Below the pieces are notes generated by a model. It was not told the origin of the DNA and made no database searches. It saw only the letters and a list, made by a program, of their open reading frames with translations. Below, one piece after another: positions 48,401-61,005 of a stretch of 64,000 nt of DNA. The position numbers and the translations under genes are program-made. Source of the DNA: Malacoraja senta (Eukaryota); contig CM075994.1 in NCBI GenBank assembly GCA_038087875.1, forward strand, positions 744,001-808,000, written 5' to 3'. Position 1 is the stretch's first letter. Every line of letters starts with the position of its first letter.

Positions 48401-49199
48401 AGGTCAGGACTGAACCCAGGTCTTTTGCGATGTGAGGCAGCAACTCTCCCTCTGCGCCACGGTGCTAACCTAATTTTAGACAATAAGAGTGAAAACAGGC
48501 CATTCGGCCCGTCGGGTCTGCGCAGACCAGCGACTACCTGCCCAATGTTAGAAGCAATCCGTCTTCCCTTAGCATTGAAACCAAGAGCACAAAAGTGAAC
48601 AATCTCATCGTTGCCCTGACTCTGACCACTGACTGGCACAATGGATGCAGAGAAATCAACTGCAGCCAAAAACAATGAAGAGACATAGAAGGATTCAACC
48701 TCCGGTATTCCAGAGAAAACAATCCAAGTCTGTCCGACTTCTCCTTGTAGCTGATTCCCGCTAAAGCAGGCATCATTCTGGTAAGAGGCACAAAAATGCT
48801 GGATTAACTCAGTGGGTCAGACAGCATCTCTGGAGAGAAGGAATAAGTGACATTTCGGGTCGAGACCTTTATTTCAGACCAGTAAGGAGAAAAGAAAACG
48901 AAAGATATAGTCGGTGATAGAGAGAGATAAAGAGCAAATGAATGAAAGCTATGCATAAAGTAACGATGATCAATGAAATGGAGAGCCCATGATGGCCCAT
49001 TGTTGGATGAGGGCTAGGTGATAACGAGTTATACAGACAGTGAAACTCAATAAGACGACAGTGAAACTAGTACGACAACTAGGGTGGGGGAGGGACGGAG
49101 AGAAAACCACCGCTACATTAAATGAAATGACTTACCAGGCACACCAATGACTGCAATAATCGGGTAGAAGGTCTCGATGTGAAGTGCGTACGTTCCCAT
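45484..49199 (-). pseudogene. GPR139-like GPCR copy D, nonsense allele; exons 49136..49199, 47749..47884, 45484..46273
   Basis: The first full codon of exon 3 is TAA (plus-strand tta at 46270-46272) where the other copies have TAC (Y68*). The rest of the frame is open. Confidence 0.83.
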
Positions 49200-49394
49200 C
49201 CTCTGGGGAAAGGAGGCGCTCTATGAATGGGGTGCTTTGGAAATGGAAGGATTTATACGTGAGCAGATGGTCTCTTGCGACATCCATGTCATTAGCCAGA
49301 GCAAATATTCAACGCAAGGGTTCGCAAACCAGCACTAATGAGACCTAATGATCCTCAGAGATAACATTGCACTCACAACCACAGTCATTACGCC

Positions 49395-52392
49395 AGATTC
49401 AGATTCAGATTCAACTTTATTGTCATTGTGCAGTGTACAGTACAGAGACAACGAAATGCAGTTAGCATCTCCCTAGAAGAGCGACATAAATATGAGCAGT
49501 AAATAAATACATCTAATAAATCCTGGTGGGAGGAGTGTCCGGGGGGGGGGGTGTGATTGGCAGTCACCGAGGTACACTGTTGAGTAGTGTAACCGCCGCA
49601 GGGACGAAGCTGTTCCTGCACCTGCTGGTCCGGCAACGGAGAGACATGTAGCGCCTCCCGGATGGTAGGAGGGTAAACAGTCTGTGGTTGGGGTGAGAGC
49701 AGTCCTTGGCGATGCTGAGCGCCCTTCGCAGACAACGCTTGCTTTGGACAGACTCAATGGTGGGGAGTGAGCAACCGGTGATGCGTTGGGCAATTTTCAC
49801 CACCCTCTGCAGTGCTTTCCGGTCGGAGACAGAGCAGTTGCCATACCATACTGTGATGCAGTTGGTAAGGATGCACTCGATGGTGCAGCGGGAGAAGTTC
49901 ACCAGAATCTGAGGAGACAGATGGACCTTCTTTAGTCTCCTCAGGAAGAAGAAACGCTGGTGAGCCTTCTTGACCAGAGTTGAGGTATTGTTGGTCCAAG
50001 AGAGGTCATCGGAGATGTTGACCCCCAGGAACCTGAAGCTGGAAACACGTTCCACCTCCGTCCCGTTAATGTGGATGGGGGTGTGCTTGCCGTCCCTAGA
50101 CTTCCTGAAGTCTACAATGAGCTCCTTGGTCTTCTTGGAGTTAAGGGCCAGGTTGTTGTCAGTGCACCATGCTGCTAGGAGCTGGACCTCCCCCCTATAG
50201 GCCGACTCATCGTTGTTGCTCATGAGGCCAATCACCGTTGTATCATCTGCATACTTGATGATGGTGTTAGTACCATGTACAAGTGTGCAGTCGTAGGTGA
50301 AGAGGGAGTAGAGGAGGGGGCTCAGCACTCAGCCCTGTGGAACGCCGGTGTTCAGGGTGAGGGTTGAAGAGGTGTGCTTGTCTAACCTAACAGACTGGGG
50401 TCTGTTGGTTAGAAAGTCCAGTATCCAGTTGCAGAGGGAGCGGTCGATGCCCAGGTCACCGAGTTTGGTGATCAGTTTAGAGGGTATGATGGTGTTGAAT
50501 GCTGAGCTGTAATCGATGAACAGCATCCTTACGTAAGTGTCTCTGTTGTCGAGGTGGGAGAGGGCAGAGTGAAGTGCCGTTGAGATGGCATCCTCCGTAC
50601 TCCTGTTCTTGCGGTAGGCAAACTGATAGGGATCCAATGTGGGGGGTAGGCAGCCTTTGAGGTGTGCCAGGACCAGCCTCTCGAAGCACTTGGCGATGAT
50701 GGGAGTAAGTGCAACTGGGCGGAAGTCGTTGAGGCTTGCCGCAGTGGAGGGTTTTGACACCGGCACGATGGAGGTGGATTTAAGGCACGTGGGCACAACT
50801 GCTTGGGCAAGTGACAGGTTGAAGATGTCAGTCCAGACGTCTGTCAGCTGCGCAGCACAGGCCCTGAGGACGCGCCCGGGGATGCCGTCGGGGCCAGCAG
50901 CCTTACGTGCATTAGTCCTACACACTGCCACGTACACGTCGTAGGGGGGTGAGTGAGAGGGGCTGGTGATCGGCAGGGAGCACCGCCTTGATGGCCAACT
51001 GCTGATTGTCCCTATCGAAGCGGCCATAGAAGTGGTTAAGCTCCTCAAGGAAGGAGGCGTTGCTGGATGTGGGGGTGGTGTTGGTGGGTCTAAAGTCCAT
51101 GATGGCCTGGATGCCCTGCCACATGCGTCGGGGGTCGGAGTTGTTGTTGAAGTGCTCCTCAATCCTGAGCTTATCGCAGTGCTTGGCCTTCTTTATGCCC
51201 CTCTTCAGGTTAGCCCTGGATGAACTATAGGCTCGGGCATCGCCTGACCTGAAAGCGGTGTCCCGTGCTTTCAGCAGTAGCCTGACCTCGCTGTTCATCC
51301 ATGGCTTCTGATTCGGGAATATGGTCACCCGTTTGAGGGAGGTGACACTGTTGATGGTGGAGTTTATAAAGTCCAGAACAGAGGATGTATAGGAGTCAAT
51401 GTCCATGTGGGAGTCAAGGGTGGCCTGGGCTGCAAACGCCTTCCAGTCAGTGTTTCCAAAACACTGCTGAAGTGTGGAGTCCGCATCCTCTGACCAGACT
51501 TTAACTGTCCTCACAGTGGGTTTAACCCGTCTGATGAGTGGGGAGTACTTTGGGAGCAGGAACAATGAGAGGTGATCAGACTGTCCAAGGTGGGGGGGGG
51601 GACGGCTTTGTAAGCTTCAGCCATGTTGGTGTAGACTTTGTCCAGTGTCTTGTCTTCTCTAGTGGCGAAGGGGACATGTTGGTGGAATTTGGGGAGTACA
51701 GTCTTCAGGTTGGAGTGATTGAAGTCAACCGCAACAATGAAGGCTGCCTCGGGGTTGTGAGTCTGTTGTTTGCTAATGGCAGTATGCAGATCTTTCATTG
51801 CAAGCTTGGCATTAGCATCAGGAGGAATATAGGCTGCAGTCACAACAGTGGAGGTAAACTCTCTGGGCAGATAGGACGGTCTGCATCTAACCAAGAGGAA
51901 CTCTAGGTTAGCTGAGCAGTGACTCTCGATGATGGTGGTGTCCGTGCACCATGCTTTGTTTACATAAATGCACAGACCTCCACCTCTGGTCTTACCGGAG
52001 TCTATTGTCCTGTCCGCTCGGAGTAAATGCCGCCCCGTTAGCTGGATGGCGCTGTCAGGAACGTCGGTGTTGAGCCAAGTTTCAGTGAGGATCAAGATGC
52101 TGCAGTCTTTGATCCAGTTGTGGGAGGTGATCCTTAGCCGGAGTTCGTCCATTTTTTGTTTGCCAGTGAGCGCACGTTGGCGAGGAAAAGGCTAGGAATC
52201 GCTAGCCTGTGTGGGACTAGCTCTAACCTGGCCTTTAACCCACCTCTGCGTCCCCGGCGGTGCTTCCGTTCACGTCGCCGTCTGTTGGTGCTTCCGGTCG
52301 GCCGAGCTGGCTTGGTGGGCGCTGGCGTTCTGCCGCCCCGCGACTCCGCTGGCGTTGTACTAGTTTACTAGTTTAGTTTAGTTAGTGTAATC
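49395..52392 (-). mobile_element. Rex1/Babar-type LINE copy upstream of gene D (stop at 50329 and several frameshifts)
   Basis: Four ORF fragments tile the same APE-RT protein. Confidence 0.9.
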
Positions 52393-54347
52393 ACTAGTTT
52401 AGTTTAGTTAGTGTACTTTAGTTAATTTAATTTAGTTAGTTTGCTTTAGTTAGTTTACTTCAGTGTATTAGTTTGCTTTAATTAGTTATGTTATCATTAA
52501 TCTAGTTTAGTTTTGTTTTGTTCCATTTCATTATGTTTCGTTCAATTTAATTTAGCCAAGTTAGCTTAGTTTAATTTAGTTTAGTTTAATTTAGTTTAGT
52601 TTAGTCTATTCTAGTCGAGTATCGTTTAGTTTTGATTCGTTTATTTTAGGTTAGTTGAGTGGTACAGCTCGGAAACTTGATCTGAAACTTGATCTCAAAA
52701 GGCACATCATCACATTCAGGCACAGTTTCTTTCCAGCTGTTATCAGGCAATTGATACACCCTAGCATAACCAGAGAGCAGTCCTGAACTACTATCTACCC
52801 TTTTGGTGACCCTTGGTCTATCCTCTATCAGATTTCGATGTCCTGAAGCGGCGGCGCTGCCCAAGCAGCTGCGGCTCACCTGCAGTCCGTTTGTCTTTTC
52901 TTTTTGTCCAGTTGTTTAGTTTATTTCGTTTATTTTAGTTGTGTATGTGTGGGGGGAATGGGAGAAATTGACTTTAGTCTCCTCCATCGGGGGGGGGGGG
53001 GGGTGTGCGACCTTTTCTTGTCGTATCCCCCGTCTCCGTCTCCGTCTGCGCTGAGGCCTAATCGCGGAGCTGGCGGCCTCCAACAGGAACCGACCTCGAG
53101 GCTCCGGAGGCAGAGCCAGGACTTACCATCGCGAGGCTGGCCGATTTCGGGGCTGTGGTGGCGGCGACCCGACTTCGGAGCCTCGGAGGCTCGGCCGCGG
53201 GCCCAGTGGACGACAACGTCGGGAGCTCGCAGGTACCAGGTTGGTGACCGATTCTCCGGAGCTCCCGCAACATCAGCTTCGTCCGCTGGACTGGTGGTTG
53301 GCAGCTTCGGCAGCTTCGACCGCCCCGGGCCACGGAGTTTGAACCAGCCCGTTCGCGGAGCCGCTGGGATGCCCAACACCGGAAGCCTGGATCGCCTCAA
53401 AGTAGAGGGAGACGCGGAGGGAAATTACAAGGACTTTAAGATTTTTGCCTTCCATCACAATGAGGTGGTGCCTGGTAGACTCACTGTGGTGGATGTTAAA
53501 CTGTGTTATCTGTGTGTTTTGTTATTTTATTCTATGTTATGACTGCAAGGTATACAATTTCGCTCAGACTGAAATGTCTAAATGACAATAAAGGATACTT
53601 AAATTGCTTCAACTTAAGACGGTTAAGACGGACTGAGCGGAGGTGTTCAACAAAACGATCGCCGAGCCTGCGCTTGGTCTCGCCGATGTGCGGAGGTTCA
53701 CACCTGGGACAGCGGATACAGTAGATGAGGTTGTAGGAGATGCAAGTGAACCTCTGCCTCACCTGAAAAGACTGTCGGGGCGAGGAGGTGCAAATGCAGA
53801 TGAGGCAGAGGTTGACTGGCATCTCCTCCAACATCATCTACATGGCCGAGGTTAGATTCCGACTATGGGTGCTGTCTGTAAGTTCTCCCCTTGACCTGCG
53901 TCAGAGATGTTCGGGTTCCTCCCACACTCCAAAGACGTACAGGTAGGTAGGTTAATTGGCTTGGTAGAAATGTAAATTGTCCCTAGTGTGTGCGGGATCG
54001 TGTCAACGTGCGGGGATCGTTGGTGGGCACGGACTCGGTGGGCCGAAGGAGCCTGTTCCACGCTGCATCTCTAAACTAAACTAAACTAAACGAAGCTAAA
54101 ACTTAAAGTTAGTGACGCCAAATGTATTAATGGCAAGTCTGTATGTATTGGATGTATAATTGTAATAACAGCGAGCATGTCAAATGGTCTGCCTATCGTC
54201 TTCTGAAACCTCAAGGAGCGGAGTTCAAAGGTAGGGAACATGAATGGGTTGACAACAGGTACTAACTGGCACCTTGTTTTAATGTATTGATGAATTGTAC
54301 ACCTTCAATAGCTTTTGGGATATCCACATGACTCAGTGTGTTCTCTA

Positions 54348-54950
54348 GTCATAACAAGAGGAGTCGAGTATATGAGCAAAGAGGTCCTTCTGCAGTGGTA
54401 CAGGGCACTAGTGAGACGACACCTGGAGTATTGTGAGCAGTTTTGGTCCCCTTATTTGAGGAAGGAAAGTCTTGCTATTGAGGGAGTGCAGCGTAGGTAT
54501 ACAAGGTTAATTCCCGAGATGGCGGGACTGTCATAAGCTGAGAGAATGGTGCGGCTGGGCTTGTATACTCTGGAATTTAGATGAGAGGGGATCTTATTTA
54601 AACATATAAGATTATTAAGGGTTTGGACATGCTAGAGGCAGGACACATGTTGGGGGAGTCCAGAACCAGTGGCCACAGTTTAAGACTGAGGGGTAAGCCA
54701 TTTAGAACGGAGATGAGAAAACACCTTTTCACACAGAGAGCTGTGATTCTGTGGAATTCTCTGCCTGTGGAGGCTGGTTCTCTGGATACTGTCAAGAGAA
54801 AGCTAGATCGGCCTCTTAAAGATAGCGGAGTCAGGGGATATGGTGAGAAGGCAGGAACGGAGTACTGATTGGGGATGATCAGCCATGGTCACATTGAATG
54901 GCGGTGCTAGTTCGACGGGCCGAATGGCCCACTCCTGCGTCTATTCTCTA
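54348..54950 (+). mobile_element. CR1 3' fragment (unit copy)
   Basis: Paralog of 3410-4010. Confidence 0.87.
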
Positions 54951-55094
54951 TAGAAACATTGAAATAATATTCCATTTCGTGTCCCGTTGTGAAACAGTGA
55001 ATTCAGTGACTGCAGTTTATGTTATTTACTCCGTGCAGACGAGATTTCTCCCCGCTTCGAATGGACCCAATGAGAGCAAAGTTTGTAAAGAACA

Positions 55095-56495
55095 AATGGC
55101 TCAATGGTTCATTGGTTCAATGGCTCTATGGTTCAATGATTCAATGGCTCAATGGTTCAATGGCTTAGTGGCTAAATGGCTCAATGGCTCTATGGTTCAA
55201 CGATTCAATGGCTCAATGGTTCAATGGTTCCATGATTCAATGGCTCAATGGCTCAATGGTTCAATGATTCAATGATTCAATGATTCAATGATTCAAAATT
55301 TCTCAATGATTCAATGGCTCAATGGTTCAATGATTCAATGGTTCAATTATTTATTGGTTCAATGGTTCAATGGTTCAATGATTCAATGATTCAATGATTC
55401 AATGGCTCAATTGTTCAATGGCTCAACGGTTCAATGGCTCAATGGCTCAACGGTTCAACGGTTTAATGATTCAATGATTCAATGATTCAATGAATCAATC
55501 GTTCAATGGCTCTTTGGCTCAATGGCTCAATGGCTCAACGGTTCAATGATTCAATGATTCAATGATTCAATGATTCAATGGCTCAATGGTTCAATGGTTC
55601 AATGGTTCAATGGCTCAATGGTTCAATGATTCAATGATTCAAAATTTCTCAATGATTCAATGATTCAACGATTCCATGATTCAATGGTTCAATGGTTCGA
55701 TGTTTTGATGGCTCAATGATACAATTGTTCAATGATTCGATGGTTCAATGATTCGATGATTCAATGGTTCAATGGTTCAATGGCTCAATGGCTCAATGGC
55801 TCAACGGTACAATGATTCAATGATCCAATGATTCATTGGCTCAATGATTCAATGGTGCTGTGGTTCAATGATTCAATTAATGTTATTTACTCCGTGCAGA
55901 CGAGATTTCTCCCCGCTTCGAAAGGACCCAATGAGAACAGAGTTTGTGATCAACCGGATTAAAGGACAAATGGCTCAATGATTCAATGGTTCAATGGCTC
56001 AATGGCTCAATCGTTCAATGGTTCAATGATTCAATGGCTCAATCGTTCAATGATTCAATGATTCCTTGTTTCAATGGTTCAATGGCTTATGGTCTGAGTG
56101 CAGGTAGATGGGACTAGGTGAGAATAAGTGTTCGGCACGGACTACAAGGGCCGAGATGGCCTGTTTCCTTGCTGTAATTGTTATATGGTTATATGGTTAT
56201 AATGGTTCAATGGTTGAATGATTCAATGGTTCAATGGCTTATTGGTTCAATGGCTCAATAATTCAATGAGTCAATGATTCAATGATTCAAGGCTCAATAG
56301 TTCAATGGTTCAATGGATCATTGGTTCAATTATTCAATGTCTCAATGGTTCAATGATTGAATGGCTCAATGGCTCAATGGCTGACTGGTTCAATGATTCA
56401 ATGGTTCACTGGCTGAATGGTTGAATGATTCAAAGGTTCAATGATTCAATGATTCAATGGTTGAATGATTCAATGGTTCAATGATTCAATGATGA
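55095..56495. repeat. Octamer YTCAATGR minisatellite
   Basis: Read directly from the sequence. Confidence 0.96.
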
Positions 56496-57277
56496 TCCAA
56501 TTCATGTTTTTTTTTTAAATCTGGAACAATAAAAGTGTCTATCTGTCTCCCCAGTAGAAGCATACAGTAGGAATAATTACGTTTTGTTTGTTGCCACGTT
56601 AACGGAGATACAGTTAAAACTTATTGTTGCGTGCTATCCAGTCAGCGGAAAGACAATACATGATTACAATGGAGCCGTCCACATTGTACAGATACACGAT
56701 AAGGGAATAACGTTTCGTGCAAGGTTAATCCAGTAAATTCCGTTAACAAATAGTCCGACGGTCACCAATGAGGTAGATAATAATTTAGCACTGCTCACTG
56801 CTTGTGGTAGGATGCTTGAGTTTCTTGATAACAGTTGGGAAGGAACTATCCCTGAAACTTGAGGTGTGTGTTTTCATATTTCTTTACATTTTGCTCGATG
56901 GGAGAGGGGTGAAAAGGGGAGAGAGGAGAACTCCCTATTCTCTAATTGGCAATTTGGAGAGGCCAATTATCCTACAAAAATTTTAGGGTGTGGAAGGAAA
57001 TGCAGCCCCGAGAGGAAACCCACGCGGCAACATAGAGATTAGATGATCTTGCCATCGTGTTTGGCACGGTCATTGTGGCACGGACATTGTGTTCCAGTGC
57101 TAAGTTCCAAGTTCTAAGTGCAGGACATAGGGTTAATTATCACAACGTTTAAGAAACATTTATACACGTACATGGATCGGACAGGTTTGCAGGGATATGG
57201 ACCAAATGCAGGCCGGTGGGACTAGTGTAGACGGAGCATGGTGGCCATTGTGAGCAGGTTTGGCTGAAGGGTACCCC

Positions 57278-60200
57278 TCAGGTTCCTCGGACATCTTTCC
57301 CCCTCACCTTAACACCTATGCACAGAGCAGCGAAGGGGGACGTGAGCAGGGCGTTCAACTGTGCTCTGAACCTGCTCTGGGTGAGGGCGTACACACAGGT
57401 GTTTGTGCAGGAACCGAGGCACTTCAGCAACATCGCGACTTGCACGGCCGCGTACAGCGAGCGGGGGCCGCGGAACATCACCGTCGTGCTCACCCCGACC
57501 CAGGCGTGGATCACCGTGATGGGAACGGACAGCGCCACGAAGCTCCCGGAGACGGCGAACAGCAGGACGACCGACGCCCTCCGGCTCCTGACCTCGGGGT
57601 CGTTGCCCCCGCCCACCTGGCAAGAGCCCTTCAAGGCCAGTCGGGCCCTGCTGGCCCCTAGAATGTGTCTGGCGGTCAGCGAATTCAGAAGCAGCAGGGC
57701 GGGAATGGGGAGGAGGGTGTTGAGGAGGAAGGAGGCCCAGCGATGGACGGACCACAGCGGGTATTCCAGGTGACCCGGCAAAAGGCAGCAATCGTAGGCC
57801 ACACGGTGAACGGTGAAACAGGGCCGGTAGCGGAGAGGCAAGGGCGCGTTCGTCAACACGCTGACCATTCCTACCGCCGCTAGCACCATGGCCGCGGTTC
57901 TCTCGGTGCAATAAGTGCGCCTCAGCATCCGGCAACAGATAGCCACGAAACGGTCACACGTGAAGGACACGGTGAACCATGTATTGAGCTGGAAACTGAA
58001 GCCTTGCAGGTAGGCACTGAGCCGGCACACGGGCGTGTAGCGGAGCGGAGACCCGGGGAAGTGGTACCTGAAAGGACAAGTAACCTCGGGGTGACTCAGC
58101 GGGTCAGGCAGCGGCTCTGGAAAGAAAAATAGATATACAAAACGCTGGATGTAACTCAGCGGGTCAGGCAGCAAATGGAGGAAAGATAAACACAAAACGC
58201 TGGAGTAACGTAGCGGGTCGGCACGGTGGCGCAGCGGTAGAGTTGCTGCCAGAGTCCCGGGTTCGATTCTGACTACGGGTGCAGTCTGCCCGGAGATTGT
58301 CCGTTCTCCCCGTGACATCGTGGGTATTCTCCGGGTGCCCAAGGTTTCCTCTAACTTTTGCAATCAGACTAGTGGAGAGTGGGAGCAATCCGGAGCACCT
58401 GGATAAAACCCACGCAGTCACATGCAGAATCTTCATACTACACACAGACACACCAAAGTCAGAGTCGAACCCAGGTCTTTAGTGCTGTGCGGGGACAGGA
58501 GCGGGGAGGCGTGGGAAGAGAGAGGGGTGGTGTGGGGTAGAATGGAATGGGCTTTGCGGGAGGTTGGTGAAAGGTTACCTAAAATCGGAGTATTCAATGT
58601 TCATACCGTTGGGTTGTAAGATGCTGTTCCTCCAGTTTGCGTGTGGCCTCACTCTGGCAGTGAAGGAGGCCCAGGATTTTAAAAAAAAAGGTCAGTGTGG
58701 TAACGGGAAGGGAATGGTTAAAAACCGGGAGATCCAGCAGGTCTTGGCGGACCGAGCGCAAGTGTTCGGCGAAATTTTCGCCCAGTCTACACATTGTGTT
58801 GTCGATGTCCAGGAGGCCACATCGGGAACTGGGATATCTCCCGGTGGCCAAACACTTTTACTCCTCCTCCCATTCGCACACCTACCCATTCTGTCAGGGG
58901 CCTCCTCCATTGTCAGAGTGAGGCCCAGCGCAAACAGGAGCAACAGCACCTCGTGTTTCGCTTGGGCAGCTTACACCCCAGCTTGACTTCTCTAACTCCA
59001 AGTGACCCTTGCTTTTCCTCTCTCTCCATCCCATCCTAATTCCCCGACCAGTCTGACTGTCCCTTTGATTAAATATTTCTCTCTCTTTGCTTCGTTGTCC
59101 TCTTCCCCGAGCTAACAATGGTCCATTCCACTTTTCCCTTGGTCAGAATACCACTTCACCCCCACCCCCCTTCCCAAATCTTTGCACATCCCCAAACCTT
59201 TCCATTCGTCACTTTAATTTAATGTATCTTGTTTTTTTTATGACTGTTAGCAGAATATTTCCCTCCTGGGATTAGTAAAGTTCTATCGTATTGTATGGTA
59301 ACAGCGTCCCATTTGATGTCTCGTTTTCACCCCTTTATTTTTCATATCTCTGCGTGTCCCCCTCCACTGTCTCTCAGTCTGAAGAAGGCTCTCGACCCGA
59401 AACGTCACCCATTCTTTCTATCACCAGATGCTGCCTGTCCCGCCGCGTTACTCCAGCATTTTGTGTCTATCTTCGGCGTAAACCAGCATCTGCAGTTCCT
59501 TCCTACACATGCAGTAGAAGAGGTTGGAGCAGGTATCCAGTACGTACCTGACTATCTGGCTGACTATGACGTTGAAGACCAACACCATGAGATCACCCAT
59601 CGCCATGGCCATCATGTAGCAGGTGATTTCTTTGGAGAGACCGCACTTTCCTCGAAACAGGATCAACAAGGACATCAAGTTGGCTGTAAGGAAACACACA
59701 ACGGCGAGAAGCAAGAGGGAAATGGGACAGAGGCGTAGGGGACTGCATCTGTAGGGAACGGCAATAAAAGTAACCAGAATTTCAGCAGTCCTGAACTACT
59801 TTCTACCTCATTGGTGACACTCGGACCATGTGTGACCGGACTTTGATGGCTTTACCTTGCACTTAACGTCATTCCCTTATCATGTATCTGTACACTGGAA
59901 ATGGCTCGATTGTAATCTTGTATTGTATTTCCGCTGACTGGTTAGCACGCAACAAAAGCTTTTCACTGTACCTCAGTACACGTGATAATGAACTAAATTC
60001 AACTGAACTGAATACGATCCAAGTCATTTGGGTATTTCTTAACCGGAGATTGACAGGCTCTTGATCAATAAGGTTGTTAAAGGATAGGGGGAAAAGGCAG
60101 GAGAATGGGGGTGATCAGGGAAGATAGATCAGCGATGACTGAATGTTACAGTAGACTTGACGGACTCTTCACATTCACTCCATCCAGCCCATACACAACA

Positions 60201-61005
60201 CCCGAGGTCAGGACTGAACCCAGGTCTTTTGCAATATGAGGCAGCAACTCTCCCTCTGCGCCACGGTGCTAACCTAATTTTAGACAATAAGAGTGAAAAC
60301 AGGCCATTCGGCCCGTCGGGTCTGCGCAGACCAGCGACTAACTGCCCAATGTTAGAAGCAATCCGTCTTCCCTTAGCCTTGAAACCAAGAGCACAAAAGT
60401 GGATAATCTCATCGTTGCCCTGACTCTGACCACTGACTGGCACAATGGATGCAGAGAAATCAACTGCAGCCAAAAACAATGAAGAGACATAGAAGGTCTC
60501 CATTCAACCTCCGGTATTCCAGAGAAAACAATCCAAGTCTGTCCGACTTCTCCTTGTAGCTGATTCCCGCTCAAGCAGGCAACATTCTGCTAAGAGGCAC
60601 AAAAATGCTGGATTAACTCAGTGGGTCAGACAGCATCTCTGGAGAGAAGGAATAAGTGGCATTTCGGGTCGAGACCTTTAGTTCAGACCAGTAAGGAGAA
60701 AAGAAAACGAGAGATATAGTCGGTGATAGAGAGATAAAGAGCAAATGAATGAAAGCTATGCATAAAGTAACGATGATCAAGGAAATGGAGAGCCCATGAT
60801 GGCCCATTGTTGGATGAGGGCTAGGTGATAACGAGTTATACAGACAGTGAAACTCAATAAGACGACAGTGAAACTAGTACGACAACTAGGGTGGGGGAGG
60901 GACGGAGAGAAACCACCGCTACATTAAATGAAATGACTTACCAGGCACACCAATGACTGCAATAATCGGGTAGAAGATCTCGATGTGAAGTGCGTACGTT
61001 CCCAT
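57278..61005 (-). CDS. GPR139/GPR142-like GPCR, copy E, intact; complement(join(57278..58067,59548..59683,60942..61005))
   Basis: Same exon sizes, canonical splice sites and an open reading frame. Confidence 0.9.
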
